Shown: positions 22,673-33,927, counted from the stretch's first letter. The stretch is DNA of 64,000 nucleotides from an uncultured Gemmataceae bacterium (GCA_963750165.1 CAVVPN010000001.1:192001-256000), one strand, 5' to 3'. Numbers and translations are program-made. The notes: generated by a model from the letters alone, not told the origin.

Positions 22673-23478
22673 CTCGACGACAGCCAGGTACAGCCAACCC
22701 TCCCGGGTCGGGATGTAGGTGATGTCCGCCACCCACGCCTCGTTGGCCGCGGCGGGGTTGAACTGCCGATCCAGGAGGTTCGCGGCCACGGGCAGGTCGT
22801 GGTTGGAGTCGGTCGTGCAGCGGAACTTGCGGGCCGTCTTGGCCCGGAGGTCGTGGTCGTGCATGAGCCGGGCCACGGTGTTGACGCAGCAGTCCTGGCC
22901 CCGGGCGACCAGCTCGGCGTGGATGCGCGGGCTGCCGTAGCGGGCCTTGACCTCGGCGTGGATGGCGCGGATTTCCACGAGGAGGGTGTCGCGGCGCCGG
23001 GCGCGGTCGCTGGCGGGGCGGTCGCGCCAGGCGTAGTAGCCGGCGGTCGAGACCTCCAGGGTTTCGCAGAGCAGGCGCACGGGCCACTGGCCGCGGTGTT
23101 CCTCGATGAAGCGGAAGGTCATGTCGCCTCCCTGGCGAAGAACGCCGTCGCTTTTTTTAGGATGTCGCGCTCCGCCAGGAGCCGCTGGTTCTCGGCCCGG
23201 AGGCGGCGGTTCTCTTCCTCGAAGGGGGAGAGCTTGCCCTGGCCGGGGAAGGCCTGGCCGCCCTTGGCCTCCAGCGCCTGCTTCCAGGAGCGGAGCAGGG
23301 TCTCGTGGATGCCGAGGGAGCGTGCGGCCTCGGCGACGGAGTAGCCCTGCTCAGTGACGAGCTTGACGGCCTCGAGCTTGAACTCCGGGGTGTAGGTACG
23401 TCGGGTTCTGGCCATGATGGACCTCCTCAGGAGAGTTTACACTCTTAACTGGGTGTCCACCATTCGTGGGGAGGTTCA
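22673..23478 (-). mobile_element. IS3-family element copy 1, truncated in orfB by IS21
   Basis: IRL TGAACCTCCCCACGAA; matches copy 2 up to ...GTCGTCGAG, then the IS21 end begins; orfA at 23119-23415 is intact. Confidence 0.93.
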
Positions 23479-23510
23479 ACGATCCGATGCAAGGTAATAG
23501 GAGGATCTCG

Positions 23511-23927
23511 ATGAGCATCGAAAAGAATGTCGAGATTGTGAAGAGTTTTCTCGCGGCAATCGGCCGCCGCGATAAGCAAGGGTTGCTGGCGTTGTCTGCC
23601 GAAGATATTGAGTGGATCATTCCGGGCGAGGACTGGCCGCTGGCCGGCACGCACCGCGGGCACGCGGGATTGGCGGCTGTGCTTCAGAAGGCTAACGAGA
23701 CGGTGGAAACGTCGTTCCCGGAGCCCCCCGAGTTCATCGCGCAGGGAGACCGGGTTCTGGTCGTCGGCTTCGCTACGGGGAGAGTCAAAGCCACGAATAA
23801 GCCGTTCAAGGACGATTGGGTCTTCGACGTTACCGTTCGAGATGGGAAAGTGACGAAGATCCGGGAGTATATCGACACGCAGGCACTGGCGCGGGCCTCC
23901 AAGATGGACGCGAGCCACCAGCCCTGA
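23511..23927 (+). CDS. NTF2/SnoaL (ketosteroid isomerase-like) protein
   Basis: LLALSAEDIEWIIPG, FIAQGDRV and IREYIDT motifs; AGGAGG RBS. Confidence 0.88.
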   Translation: MSIEKNVEIVKSFLAAIGRRDKQGLLALSAEDIEWIIPGEDWPLAGTHRGHAGLAAVLQKANETVETSFPEPPEFIAQGDRVLVVGFATGRVKATNKPFKDDWVFDVTVRDGKVTKIREYIDTQALARASKMDASHQP

Positions 23928-25011
23928 CCCATCGAGACCAAGCCCTCGACTCGAGCCCGAAATAGTTCGCTTCGCCTTGCACCCGGGTAGGCGGCCGCCG
24001 ACCTAGAACAGGCAGGCTGATCGGCCTGCATCTCGGGGCCAGCCACCAGAAGGAGCTGGACAACCCTTTTCACTCGGCTGAATGGAAGAGTGTGCGCGGG
24101 CCTGCGCTGGCAGCACACATGTCAAACAACAGAGTTGATCCATAAGAACGACTGATCGCCTTAGCGATAAAAGCGGAAAGCCGGCCGCAGAATGCGTCCG
24201 TTGAGCTAAACAATCCCCTCTGGAGATTAGACAATGTCAACGACCAGCATCGCAAAGGCGCTGACCGTGCTTCAAGGCATCGGAAACAGGGACCAGGACC
24301 TTGCAGTCAAGTACATGCACCCAACGAAATTCACTCAACACAACCCGCTCGTGTCCGACGGCATTGCCGGAGTGAAGGAGTGGATTCGTCGGCTTCCGCG
24401 TGAGAAGAGCCCTCTCAAGACGGTTCGAGCCTTTCAGGATGGGTCCTACGTCATCGCCAATACGGAGGGAGACATCCTCGGTCAGAATGTCTTCTTCGAC
24501 ATCTTCAGGCTGGAGGACGACTTGATCGTCGAGCAGTGGACCTTTTCGACAAAAGCCGCCCCTCCCAATAAAAGCGGGCACACTCAGACCGATGGGCCAA
24601 CGGAAGCAAACCACGAACAGGATACAGAAAAGAGCAAGTCGATCATTCGGGATTACTACGAGACGGTTCACGTCTCTGGAGACCATAGCAAAATCCCGCA
24701 ATTCAGTGCCGAGCACTGCATCCGCCACGAGCCCGGCGTCAGCGACGGACTCGCGGTGTTTTTACGTGACCTCAAGGCTGCCACTGAACACGGAAAGGCC
24801 TCCAGAAGCATCGATGAGATCAAGCTCCTGTTGGGACAGGGAGACTTCGTTTTTGTAGCCGCCAAGGGAACGGTTAAGGGTGCGCCTTGCGCCTATATCG
24901 ACCTATACCGAGTTGAAGGCGACAAGATCGCTGAGCACTGGGGATTTCTGAACCTCCCCACGAATGGTGGACACCCAGTTAAGAGTGTAAACTCTCCTGA
25001 GGAGGTCCATC

Positions 25012-25308
25012 ATGGCCAGAACCCGACGTACCTACACCCCGGAGTTCAAGCTCGAGGCCGTCAAGCTCGTCACTGAGCAGGGCTACTCCGTCGCCGAGGC
25101 CGCACGCTCCCTCGGCATCCACGAGACCCTGCTCCGCTCCTGGAAGCAGGCGCTGGAGGCCAAGGGCGGCCAGGCCTTCCCCGGCCAGGGCAAGCTCTCC
25201 CCCTTCGAGGAAGAGAACCGCCGCCTCCGGGCCGAGAACCAGCGGCTCCTGGCGGAGCGCGACATCCTAAAAAAAGCGACGGCGTTCTTCGCCAGGGAGG
25301 CGACATGA
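25012..25308 (+). CDS. IS3 transposase OrfA
   Basis: RRTYTPEFKLEAV HTH and ILKKATAFF. Confidence 0.93.
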   Translation: MARTRRTYTPEFKLEAVKLVTEQGYSVAEAARSLGIHETLLRSWKQALEAKGGQAFPGQGKLSPFEEENRRLRAENQRLLAERDILKKATAFFAREAT

Positions 25309-26159
25309 CCTTCCGCTTCATCGAGGAACACCGCGGCCAGTGGCCCGTGCGCCTGCTCTGCGAAACCCTGGAGGTCTCGACCGCCGGCTACTACGCCTGG
25401 CGCGACCGCCCCGCCAGCGACCGCGCCCGGCGCCGCGACACCCTCCTCGTGGAAATCCGCGCCATCCACGCCGAGGTCAAGGCCCGCTACGGCAGCCCGC
25501 GCATCCACGCCGAGCTGGTCGCCCGGGGCCAGGACTGCTGCGTCAACACCGTGGCCCGGCTCATGCACGACCACGACCTCCGGGCCAAGACGGCCCGCAA
25601 GTTCCGCTGCACGACCGACTCCAACCACGACCTGCCCGTGGCCGCGAACCTCCTGGATCGGCAGTTCAACCCCGCCGCGGCCAACGAGGCGTGGGTGGCG
25701 GACATCACCTACATCCCGACCCGGGAGGGTTGGCTGTACCTGGCTGTCGTCGAGGACCTGTACTCGCGGCGGGTGGTGGGCTGGTCGATGGCCGACCACC
25801 TGGAGAGCCGGCTGGTCGTCGATGCCCTGGAGCTGGCGGTGCAGCGCCGGCTGCCGGGGGAGGGGTTGCTGGCCCACTCCGACCGGGGCAGCCAGTACGC
25901 CAGCGACCACTACCAACGCCTCCTGGGCAAGCACGGCATCACCTGCAGCATGAGCCGCCGGGCCGACTGCTGGGACAATGCCCCAATGGAGAGCTTCTTC
26001 GCCTCCTTGAAGAAGGAACTGGTGCACGACGCCGACTTCGCCACCCGGGCGGAGGCGCGGGCGGCGCTCGTCGAGTACATCGAGGTCTTCTACAACACGC
26101 GGCGCCGGCACTCGTCGCTGGGGTACGTGTCCCCGGCCGAGTATGAACAGTCCGAATAA
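25305..26159 (+). CDS. IS3 transposase OrfB (DDE)
   Basis: WVADITY, HSDRGSQY and DNAPMESFF motifs. Confidence 0.95.
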   Translation: MTFRFIEEHRGQWPVRLLCETLEVSTAGYYAWRDRPASDRARRRDTLLVEIRAIHAEVKARYGSPRIHAELVARGQDCCVNTVARLMHDHDLRAKTARKFRCTTDSNHDLPVAANLLDRQFNPAAANEAWVADITYIPTREGWLYLAVVEDLYSRRVVGWSMADHLESRLVVDALELAVQRRLPGEGLLAHSDRGSQYASDHYQRLLGKHGITCSMSRRADCWDNAPMESFFASLKKELVHDADFATRAEARAALVEYIEVFYNTRRRHSSLGYVSPAEYEQSE

Positions 26160-26346
26160 CCGTTAACCCCGTGTCCACTTTTCGTGGGGAACTCCATTCA
26201 CGAAGAGATTCCCCCGCCCGAGCAACGGAGAAACACAAACGGAGTGCTTTAACTTGGATCTGGCGCGTCGCCTTTAAGAGCAATGTTTGGCAGTTAAATA
26301 GCAGGAGGACTGACATTGTTGGGGATTTCAAAAGGAGAGTATTCAT

Positions 26347-27087
26347 ATGGCGAAGCTGGGCGGTAAGGTGGCGCTGGTAACGGGCGCGGCACGGGGCATC
26401 GGGGCGGCCATCGCTCGGCGACTGGCCGCCGACGGAGCCAAGGTCGTCGTCAACTACTCGAAGAGTGAAGGCCCGGCCAAGGAGGTGGTCACGGCCATTA
26501 CGAAGGCCGGCGGTGAGGCGATCGCGATCAAGGCGGATGTGAGCAGGCCGGGCGAGATCCCCGGCCTGTTCGCCGAGGTCAAGAAGGCGTTCGGCCGGCT
26601 CGATATCCTGGTCAACAATGCCGGCATCATGGAGCGGGGGCCGATCACGGAGGTGACGGCCGAGCACGTCGATAAGCACTTCGGGCTGAACGTCCGAGGC
26701 CTGGTGCTGTGTACGGTCGAGGCGATCAAGCTGCTGCGCAAGGGCGGCCGGATCATCAACGTGTCGAGCAACATCACCCGGATGGCCGTCCCTGGGTCGA
26801 GCGTGTACACGGCCACCAAGGGGGCGATCGACATGCTGACCCAGGTGTGGGCCACCGAACTCGGCCCGCGAGAGATCACGGTGAACGCCATCAGCCCGGG
26901 GGCGACCGACACCGACATGAACGCCGGCATGAGCCCGGCCGAGAAGGAGCAGACGGTGCGGATGACCCCGCTCGGCCGGCTGGGCACCGCCGAGGAGGTC
27001 GCCGACGCGGCCGCGTTCCTGGCGAGCGACGACGCCCGGTGGGTGACCGGCGAGCGGCTCGCAGCCTCCGGCGGGCTGCGGGGCTGA
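26347..27087 (+). CDS. SDR family oxidoreductase
   Basis: [12 protein letters not shown] and YTATK motifs. Confidence 0.93.
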   Translation: MAKLGGKVALVTGAARGIGAAIARRLAADGAKVVVNYSKSEGPAKEVVTAITKAGGEAIAIKADVSRPGEIPGLFAEVKKAFGRLDILVNNAGIMERGPITEVTAEHVDKHFGLNVRGLVLCTVEAIKLLRKGGRIINVSSNITRMAVPGSSVYTATKGAIDMLTQVWATELGPREITVNAISPGATDTDMNAGMSPAEKEQTVRMTPLGRLGTAEEVADAAAFLASDDARWVTGERLAASGGLRG

Positions 27088-27121
27088 GGTCGTCCCCGTG
27101 AGCTCTCGACGGGAGAACTTG

Positions 27122-27496
27122 ATGGCCCACGAACCCACGGCCGAAGCCCGGCGACTGGCCGAGGACGCCCGCCGCGACCAGAACTGGAAGCGGTGGGGGC
27201 CGTACCTGAGCGAGCGGCAGTGGGCCACCGTCCGCGAGGACTACTCCCCGGACGGAAGCCTGTGGGACAGCTTCCCGTACGAGCACTCGCTCGGCCGGGC
27301 GTACCGCTGGGGCGAGGACGGGCTGCTCGGGGTCACCGACCGGGAGTGCCGGCTGTGCTTCGCCGTGGCCCTGTGGAACGGGACCGACCCGCACCTGAAG
27401 GAGCGGCTGTTCGGGCTGACCAGCCCGGAGGGCAACCACTCCGAGGACGTGAAAGAGGTGTACTTCTACGAGGACGCGGTCCCGACCCACAGCTAG
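27122..27496 (+). pseudogene. N-terminal fragment of an MGH1/GH63-like glucosidase
   Basis: [28 protein letters not shown] and LKERLFGL motifs; stops after ~124 aa, far shorter than the family norm. Confidence 0.8.
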
Positions 27497-27592
27497 CTTT
27501 CGTCAGAAAGTGCAGAATAGGGTGTCAACCGCAATCCATCGGTTCCGGATGCATCATGCTTGGACCGCGGCGGTGGTCAAGGGCCATTAGCG

Positions 27593-28186
27593 ATGAGAAA
27601 GTCGAGAGTCGAAGCGGCGAAGACGCGGGAGCGGATCGTGGCCGCAGCGGCGGCGGAGTTTCGCCGTCACGGGATCGCGGCGACCGGCCTCATCGACCTG
27701 ATGAAGGCTGCCGGCCTGACCCACGGCGGGTTCTACAAGCACTTCGCCTCTAAGGGCCAGCTCGTCGCCGAGGCGTGTGCGGCCGCCCTTACGCCGTCCG
27801 AGCTGGCCGCCCTTTTGCCGCCAAAGGCGGCCGCGACGAAGAAGGGTCGGGAGGGCCTCAAGGCCAGGGCCGCTGCATACCTGTCGGCCGGCCACCGAGA
27901 CAACCCACAAGCCGGATGCCCGTTCGCCGCGCTCGGGAGCGAGCTGGCCCGCGCCGACGACGAGACCCGGGCGACGCTGACGGCCGGGCTTCTGCGGGGG
28001 ATCGACGTGTTCGCCGGGCACTTCGACAACGTCCGGCCCGACGAGGCGAGGCGGCGGGCGATCGTTATGGCGTCGCTCATGACCGGGGCTCTGACACTGG
28101 CTCGAGTGGTGGACGATCCGGAGCTCTCGAACACGATCCTGCGCACCGCCGTGGAAGCCGTCACCCGCTTATACGCCGAGGAGTGA
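27593..28186 (+). CDS. TetR/AcrR family regulator
   Basis: LMKAAGLTHGGFYKHFASK HTH; HRDNP..GCP C-terminal domain. Confidence 0.92.
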   Translation: MRKSRVEAAKTRERIVAAAAAEFRRHGIAATGLIDLMKAAGLTHGGFYKHFASKGQLVAEACAAALTPSELAALLPPKAAATKKGREGLKARAAAYLSAGHRDNPQAGCPFAALGSELARADDETRATLTAGLLRGIDVFAGHFDNVRPDEARRRAIVMASLMTGALTLARVVDDPELSNTILRTAVEAVTRLYAEE

Positions 28187-28655
28187 CCCGCCGCCGAATC
28201 CCCCCAGCCGCGGGCAGTCCGATGAGGTGGTCCTTGACCGTTTCCTCGAAGGCCGTCTCGCTCAGGGAGCGTGTGCCGGCTCGCTCCTCCAGCAGCACCA
28301 GCCGCTTTTCCCCTGCCTCCGGGTGAAGCCGTAGTCGCCCGCCCCGCGGAGTTACGCAAGAGAATCGGCTAGGCGCGGTGGGGCACAGCGCCTCCCTCTG
28401 GCGGGCGGCCCGCGACCGAAAAACCACACTGCGGCTGTCCGGGCCTTGCGCGCTCCGGTCCGCAACACCGAAGTAAGTTTCCGTCGTAGCGCTGGGTGCT
28501 GAGGTCACATCGACACGCGCAGGCAAGCCGATCCCGATTGCGTGCGTCGGGCCGCAACACCGGAGCATCGAGCACGCGATTGGGCGCGTGGCTACAGCAG
28601 GTTTTTTAGGTGGTGGACCACATAAGAAGTCGAATGAAGAAGTGCTGTCACGGGG

Positions 28656-28964
28656 TCAGCGCGTACACCGCCGTGGGTTTCGCCACCGCTGGGATGAAGG
28701 CGTCCCGGTGCCGACCGCGATCCTTGACAGCGCCCAGTGGACGGCCTCTCGGACGGCCGAATTACCGTCCCCTCCAAGTGCGTTCAGGGCAGGGACGGCG
28801 GCCGCGGCGGCCGGTCCCATCGATCCCAGGCCCCTGGCCGCCTTTTTGCGGATGCGGGGGTTGCTGTTCTCCAGGCCGGCGAGATAGGCGCGCAGCAGCT
28901 TCTCTTGGAGGGCCTCGATGCTCGGGGAAAGCTCGGGGGGCGGTCGGACATGGTTGGGCTTCAT
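28656..28964 (-). CDS. Small HEAT-repeat protein
   Basis: NPRIRKKAARGLG..GPAA..AVPAL...VREAVHWAL. Confidence 0.6.
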   Translation of the reverse strand: MKPNHVRPPPELSPSIEALQEKLLRAYLAGLENSNPRIRKKAARGLGSMGPAAAAAVPALNALGGDGNSAVREAVHWALSRIAVGTGTPSSQRWRNPRRCTR

Positions 28965-29189
28965 GGCAGCACCGTAGCACGGTGCGCCAGGCTTGTGAAA
29001 GGCTCCGCCGACGACCAAGGGGACCCGGATGCTATCGCTGTTTCCCTGTGGGTTTCACCCGGAGTGGGCTGTAAACATGGGTTGCGACAAGGAGGCCCGG
29101 CGGGCACCGGAGCCGATACCTTCGCGGTCGCCTTGCTATTGCCCGAGACTTGCGTTAAGCAGAACGGGCGTCATAACAAGGAGGTGTTC

Positions 29190-29465
29190 TTGAGCAAGAA
29201 CAAACCGGTCCATGAAATCCGCCTGGGTCGGGTCCGGGCTGCCATCTGGCAGAATGAGACCGAGGCCGGCGTCCGCCATAACGTCACCTTCACGAGGCTG
29301 TACAAAGACGGCGACCAGTGGAAGGACTCAGCCAGCTTCGGCCGCGACGACCTGCCGCTCCTGGAAAAGCTTGCGGACGCGGCCCACACCTGGCTGTACC
29401 GTGGCGGGGCCGATCCCCAGCCCCAGGAAGAATGCACCGAGCAAACCGGCCCCTTGGCCGGGTAA
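29190..29465 (+). CDS. Conserved small protein, possibly PC4-like ssDNA-binding
   Basis: AAGGAGG RBS and TTG start; KPVHEIRLG.VRAAIW.N...RLYKDGDQWK.S.SF pattern. Confidence 0.6.
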   Translation: MSKNKPVHEIRLGRVRAAIWQNETEAGVRHNVTFTRLYKDGDQWKDSASFGRDDLPLLEKLADAAHTWLYRGGADPQPQEECTEQTGPLAG

Positions 29466-29475
29466 GAGGCCCGGC

Positions 29476-29662
29476 CTACTGGTCGCCGTTGCTCCCGTCC
29501 CCGTTCCTCTTCTGGCTGATGAGCTTTGCCCCGCGTTCGGAGTAGAGCCGCTTCCGGAACTCCTCGCGCAGCTCGTCCAGGTCGTTCGTCGCCTTTTCCT
29601 CGTCCTCCCAGTTCGCCGGCGGGGCAGACTGGGCCAGGATGAGTTCGGTGTTCTTGTCCATC
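29476..29662 (-). CDS. Small hypothetical protein
   Basis: GAGGAAGGA RBS before MDKNTE; charged helical sequence. Confidence 0.5.
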
Positions 29663-29755
29663 GCGATCCTTCCTCTTACTTCACGCCTCACTTGCATGGT
29701 AAGCCGCGGCGCTATCTAACTTCATGGTAGGATACAAGTTTTTTGAGGGTGCAGA

Positions 29756-30403
29756 TCACGTCTGCCCCTTGAGCCGGCGGATTGCCGCCCCCACAATCGC
29801 GTCGCGGCGCTTCCGGCTCCTCCAGTCGTTGGAACGCTCGAAGGAGCGGTCGGAGGGCCGGGCTTCGTACACCACACGACAGCCGTTCACTATCCCGGCC
29901 AGATGGCCGTCTTCGGTCAGAAACTCGGGCGGGAACGGCGCGATGATCGGCATGGGCAGCACGATGTCGTGCTGCGGCCGGTCGGCCTGGTCCAGTGTCA
30001 GGTCGATCAGCACCTGGTCGGCCAGGTTCACCACCAGGTGCCCCGGCCACTTCCCGGGTTCCGGGTCACCGAAACCCACGGCGAGGGAGTAGCAGCCGTT
30101 GGGGAACCAGTCCCGTTCGGCCTCCTCGAGCGTGGGCATCCCTTCGCGCTCGATCCGCTCGGTCATGGCCGGGTTGAACACGGTGGCGATGACACTCAAG
30201 GGCCGGGCGGTCAGGCGGAAGTAGTCCAGCACGTCGATCAGGATGGCGGTGGCCGCGATGCAGCAATCGGGCCGGTAGAGTGTGCCGATGCGCATCTCGT
30301 CGCGAACGACTTCGCAGAGGTGAGCCAGGAACGGTCGGGCAGGGCCGGTGACCTTTCCCAGGTGGGTCAACGGGACGTGTTCATGAGTCTTCTCCGGCTC
30401 CAC
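29756..30403 (-). CDS. Hypothetical protein with a putative Cys-His-Asp (transglutaminase/papain-like) triad
   Basis: DCCIAAT...GHLVV...LIDLT motif order. Confidence 0.55.
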   Translation of the reverse strand: MEPEKTHEHVPLTHLGKVTGPARPFLAHLCEVVRDEMRIGTLYRPDCCIAATAILIDVLDYFRLTARPLSVIATVFNPAMTERIEREGMPTLEEAERDWFPNGCYSLAVGFGDPEPGKWPGHLVVNLADQVLIDLTLDQADRPQHDIVLPMPIIAPFPPEFLTEDGHLAGIVNGCRVVYEARPSDRSFERSNDWRSRKRRDAIVGAAIRRLKGQT

Positions 30404-30562
30404 GCCGTTACCCTAGCACCTCGGAGCAGGTGTCACTAGCCGTCATTGACGTCGTGTCACTCATGGTTGCGAATCGGAACAATTACAATCTGGCCCGAAA
30501 GCCGGAGCCCAATTCCGCCGTTGACGTCCGCCGTACGGTCGCAGGAGGCGGTTGTGGCCGAC

Positions 30563-31453
30563 TCAGTAACCTCTTGCCTTTGGCCACCCGTACTGCTCGC
30601 AGCGATCCTGCCTACGGACGACCGCCGGGATCGGGCTGCCGTCGCGATACGACAACGGGAAGTCCTCGCGCCAGCGATTCAGCTCATCGCCGCCCAAGTC
30701 GTTGGACTCGAATAGCGGTTTGATGTTGCCCTTGTAGAACGCCGGCGTGCCGCTGGCGTCCATCACCTCCAGCAGTTTGCGGATATGCGTGACGTCGGGC
30801 TGGAAGTACTTCTTGCCGCTGCTGGCGGCGCCGATCACGATCCAGTCCAGTGGGTGATCCGTCCCGATCACGGCCGTCAGGTCCCACGACACCGGCTCGG
30901 CGCTCATCCAGACGATGTTGCCCGTTCGCTTCTTCACCTCCCACAGCACGTCCAGGCTCCGCCGCAGCATGGCCTCCTGCTGGCTCCGCGACAGCTGGTT
31001 GCCCATGAAGAAATCGGGCGGCGAGCTGACACCGACCCACTGGTTAGGCGGCATGTCGTCGGTGTACTTCAGCAGCTGCGGCGCGGCCTTCGTCAGCGAC
31101 TGGTACGTGTGGTGCGGGGCCTTCTTCATCTCGCCTAAGACGGCTCTGACATGCTCGGCGGGCACGTTGACCTCGAACAGGTCCGACATCGAGTCGCAGA
31201 AGATCAGTAGCGGCGTCTTGCCGGCCGCCAGCTTCGGCAACTCCTCCGGCCGCCAATAATGGTGCTCGAAGCCGTGCGGGTAAGCACGCTTGGCGACACC
31301 GTGCTCGGCCAGCATCTTCGCGTAGCAGCCGGCCACCGTGCCGTCGGGCATCTTCCACTTGCACTCGTGCATGCAGCCGCCCAGCACGTTGCGCGTTTCG
31401 TCGCACCACTCGATGCCGCGGCCGTCGGTCGCGGGCTTGAATTGCACGGTCAT
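30563..31453 (-). CDS. DUF5131 (phage Gp37/Gp68-like) protein, divergent
   Basis: IEWCDET.N..GGC..C...CYA, SMSDLF, HTYQSLTK, SAEP and DWIVIG motifs; AAGGAG RBS. Confidence 0.85.
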   Translation of the reverse strand: MTVQFKPATDGRGIEWCDETRNVLGGCMHECKWKMPDGTVAGCYAKMLAEHGVAKRAYPHGFEHHYWRPEELPKLAAGKTPLLIFCDSMSDLFEVNVPAEHVRAVLGEMKKAPHHTYQSLTKAAPQLLKYTDDMPPNQWVGVSSPPDFFMGNQLSRSQQEAMLRRSLDVLWEVKKRTGNIVWMSAEPVSWDLTAVIGTDHPLDWIVIGAASSGKKYFQPDVTHIRKLLEVMDASGTPAFYKGNIKPLFESNDLGGDELNRWREDFPLSYRDGSPIPAVVRRQDRCEQYGWPKARGY

Positions 31454-31624
31454 GGTTACACTCCTTATGTGAAAATCCAAGGCTGTTTTGATTACTGTCG
31501 TCAACCACGCTCGTCCACATAGATCGTGGTTAGTATCGCGCACACCGTATCCCTGCCCACACCAAGGTCCGTCACGCCGCATTCTGGCGCCGGCGCCGTA
31601 CGCATGGGCCGCGACATCCTCCCC

Positions 31625-31787
31625 AGCATCTCCTCCACGTCCGCACGTCCAGCGTCCGGCCCATCGCCTGCTTGCTCTTCCCACCGCATTGCTTGCAGAA
31701 GAAGGCGACCATCTGGACCTGTCAAGGGTCGCGGACGGAGCTGAACCAATGCTACTCTGCCCGCTGGGCGGCAGGACCGCTCTCGCC
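31625..31787 (-). pseudogene. Degenerate C-terminus of a second, canonical DUF5131 gene
   Basis: Manual translation GESGPAAQRAE*HWFSSVRDP*QVQMVAFFCKQCGGKSKQAMGRTLDVRTW. Confidence 0.7.
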
Positions 31788-33137
31788 GCAGGCGGTGCCC
31801 CGGTAGATACGCGCTAGGGTGCAAGCCGCTCGGTGCGTCGCGTTGGCATCAAGCTGTCCTCATCATACTTCTCGTGACTCCTGGTCGTGGCGTTGGTCCT
31901 GGCTCCCGCTTCCGTTGGCCGTCACCGCTCGACCGCGCCGCCCGAAGCCGCCGCCGTTGAAACCGTCCTTGCCGACCAGCACCAGACCCGCGCTTGCCCC
32001 CTCGCCGAACCCCCTCCCTACCCTTGCATCTCAGGGCAAAGGCAGCAGGTCGTGCTTCCCAGGAAACCATCCTGCCGTGCCAGAACTCCGGGATTCTGAG
32101 CGGTGGGTCGTCATCCGGGGGTAAGGACGGCTTCAGGTTTTGGCTGCGCCACTGCGTTCCCCGGCTGGATAAGTTGGACTCGAACAACAAAGTGCAGAGG
32201 CCGGCAAATGCAACTTGCTCATGGCGCTCTCTCACCCGCCCCCGCGCGAAGCATTCTAACTGCCCGAGGAAAACGCCCAAAAACGCAGCTTTCCGGTCCG
32301 CAGGGTTGGCTGCCATTTCTTCGTGAAAGGCTTGAACTTACGTCACCAGCGACTCGGTCGTGCCACCAGGGCGGCGCTATCGCCCCTGCGGATAGGCTGG
32401 CTAAACGCCAGAGACATTGCTTGGAGTGAACCTGAAGAACGGTTGGAAAATTCGTCGGTCCACGGAAAACTGCTTCCTCGCGGGGCTCCATGCCGGGAGC
32501 GTCGGCATCGTGCCGAACGGGATTTTCGGAGGCATGTACTCCGGTGTTCGATGGGCGGAAGAAGGCTGGTCCCTGGTCCGCTTCGACAAGGAGTGAGTGA
32601 CGGGGTGTTTGCGCGGCACACCCGGTCAAAGCCGAAACCGTCGTGAGCAACCGTACGTAAAAGTGTGGCCCCAGCAGACTCGTTTTGGGTCTGCCGGGGC
32701 CGGGTGCCGTCCATCGACGCACCGTCGGCTCGGTTATCCCTTGGTCTGGTTGCGTCCCCGCAGAGCCAGCCTCTGTTTCACCGAGCAACTACCACGATAC
32801 CGATTCTCCGCACCGCTGCACAAGAGCGCCACGCTTCGCCGCCAGTTCCTTGCGCCGGACGACTCCCGGTGATAGAACCGGGCCGACTTCGCCATTCCTG
32901 ACCGGAGTAGACACCTGCCGTCCCGCCCCTGGATGAGAGAGGCACAGCCCCTCCCGCCCAGGAGGCAGGCGGCGCCATGCGAAGGTTCTCCCAGGTTTTC
33001 CGTTCCCCGCTGGCCGCTCCCCTCAAGCCACCGCCGCTTTTCACGGGCACGCGGGCGCCGGGTCGTGCAGACAGTTCCGCCGAGATGCCTGCACGGCCCG
33101 GTAATTCCGCTAACCCGTTGCGAAAGGAGAACGGCTG

Positions 33138-33477
33138 ATGGCACACCCCCACTCCGCGCTCGCCGACTACCTTGCCAGGCTCAAGGCCGGCGAGGCGGTT
33201 CCGCTCCCCCCCAGGCGGGGAGGAATGGGCCGAGCACGTCCGGCGCATCTCCGCCGAAGGGCAGATCGCCGAGGTGTCGGAAGAGCAGTACGACTACTGG
33301 CTCGAAGTCCTGCCCCCGCACTGGATGAACGGCTCGCACTTCTGCTTTGCCGAGGGCGCCGAGGCCTTCCGGCTCTTCTGGCATGACCGAACGACCGGCC
33401 GCTACCTCGCCCGCCAGTTCTCCTGGGACGAGACCCTGCGCTTCTGTGAGTTGGCCGGCATTCCGCGGCCTTACTGA
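33138..33477 (+). CDS. DUF1419-like protein, frameshift at ~33210
   Basis: GAAAGGAG RBS; EVSEEQYDYWLEVLPPHWM motif resembles DUF1419 proteins of plasmids and ICEs. Confidence 0.55.
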
Positions 33478-33714
33478 GGCCCGACAGTCCCGGAGAAAAT
33501 GCAGCATCCGATACGTCATCCACGTTACGACCCTGCGCGAACCGATCCGCTTCTTCGCCAAGGGCCGGACCCGCGAGGAGACCCGCGCCGAGGCACTGGC
33601 CTTCATCTACGCCTGGCCCCTGAAGGCCAAGAACCAACCCTGCGGCTTCCGCATCGAGGAGAGCCGCTGGCTCTTCCCCGACATCCCACCCACGACGAAA
33701 GGAGACCATCCCAG

Positions 33715-33927
33715 ATGATCGTTGACCGCAAAGACGGCTCGTGCCGTTCCTGCGGCGGCACGCTCCGCGTGATCGACGCCGACGACGCGACCCTGACGGT
33801 GAACTGCCTGGACTGTCAGGACACCTACGAGGTAGAGACCGACGCCTTCGGCGATGGTTGCATGACCTACTACCTGGGTTTTCTGGCAGAGGCCCTCCGG
33901 CACAGGCAGAAAGGAGCAAACCCATGA
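33715..33927 (+). CDS. Small zinc-ribbon protein
   Basis: CRSC...CLDC; AAAGGAG RBS. Confidence 0.65.
   Translation: MIVDRKDGSCRSCGGTLRVIDADDATLTVNCLDCQDTYEVETDAFGDGCMTYYLGFLAEALRHRQKGANP

Larger units (their letters stand above)
24949..26196 (+). mobile_element. IS3-family element copy 2, complete (1248 bp)
   Basis: TG...CA ends with IRs; 3-bp TSD TTC; A7G frameshift motif at 25269-25276. Confidence 0.96.
24234..26252 (+). pseudogene. Tandem SnoaL-like domain protein interrupted near its 3' end by IS3 copy 2
   Basis: QHNP..DG, DIFR and EHW motifs; the frame resumes after the IS as HEEIPPPEQRRNTNGVL* (26199-26252). Confidence 0.85.

Noticed and set aside
28190..28620. Possible left boundary of the integrated element
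   Set aside because: No direct repeat or att-like sequence could be identified
31850..33100. Short ORFs, including a ~58-aa stretch ending ...WSLVRFDKE* at ~32595
   Set aside because: No family recognised; probably decayed sequence
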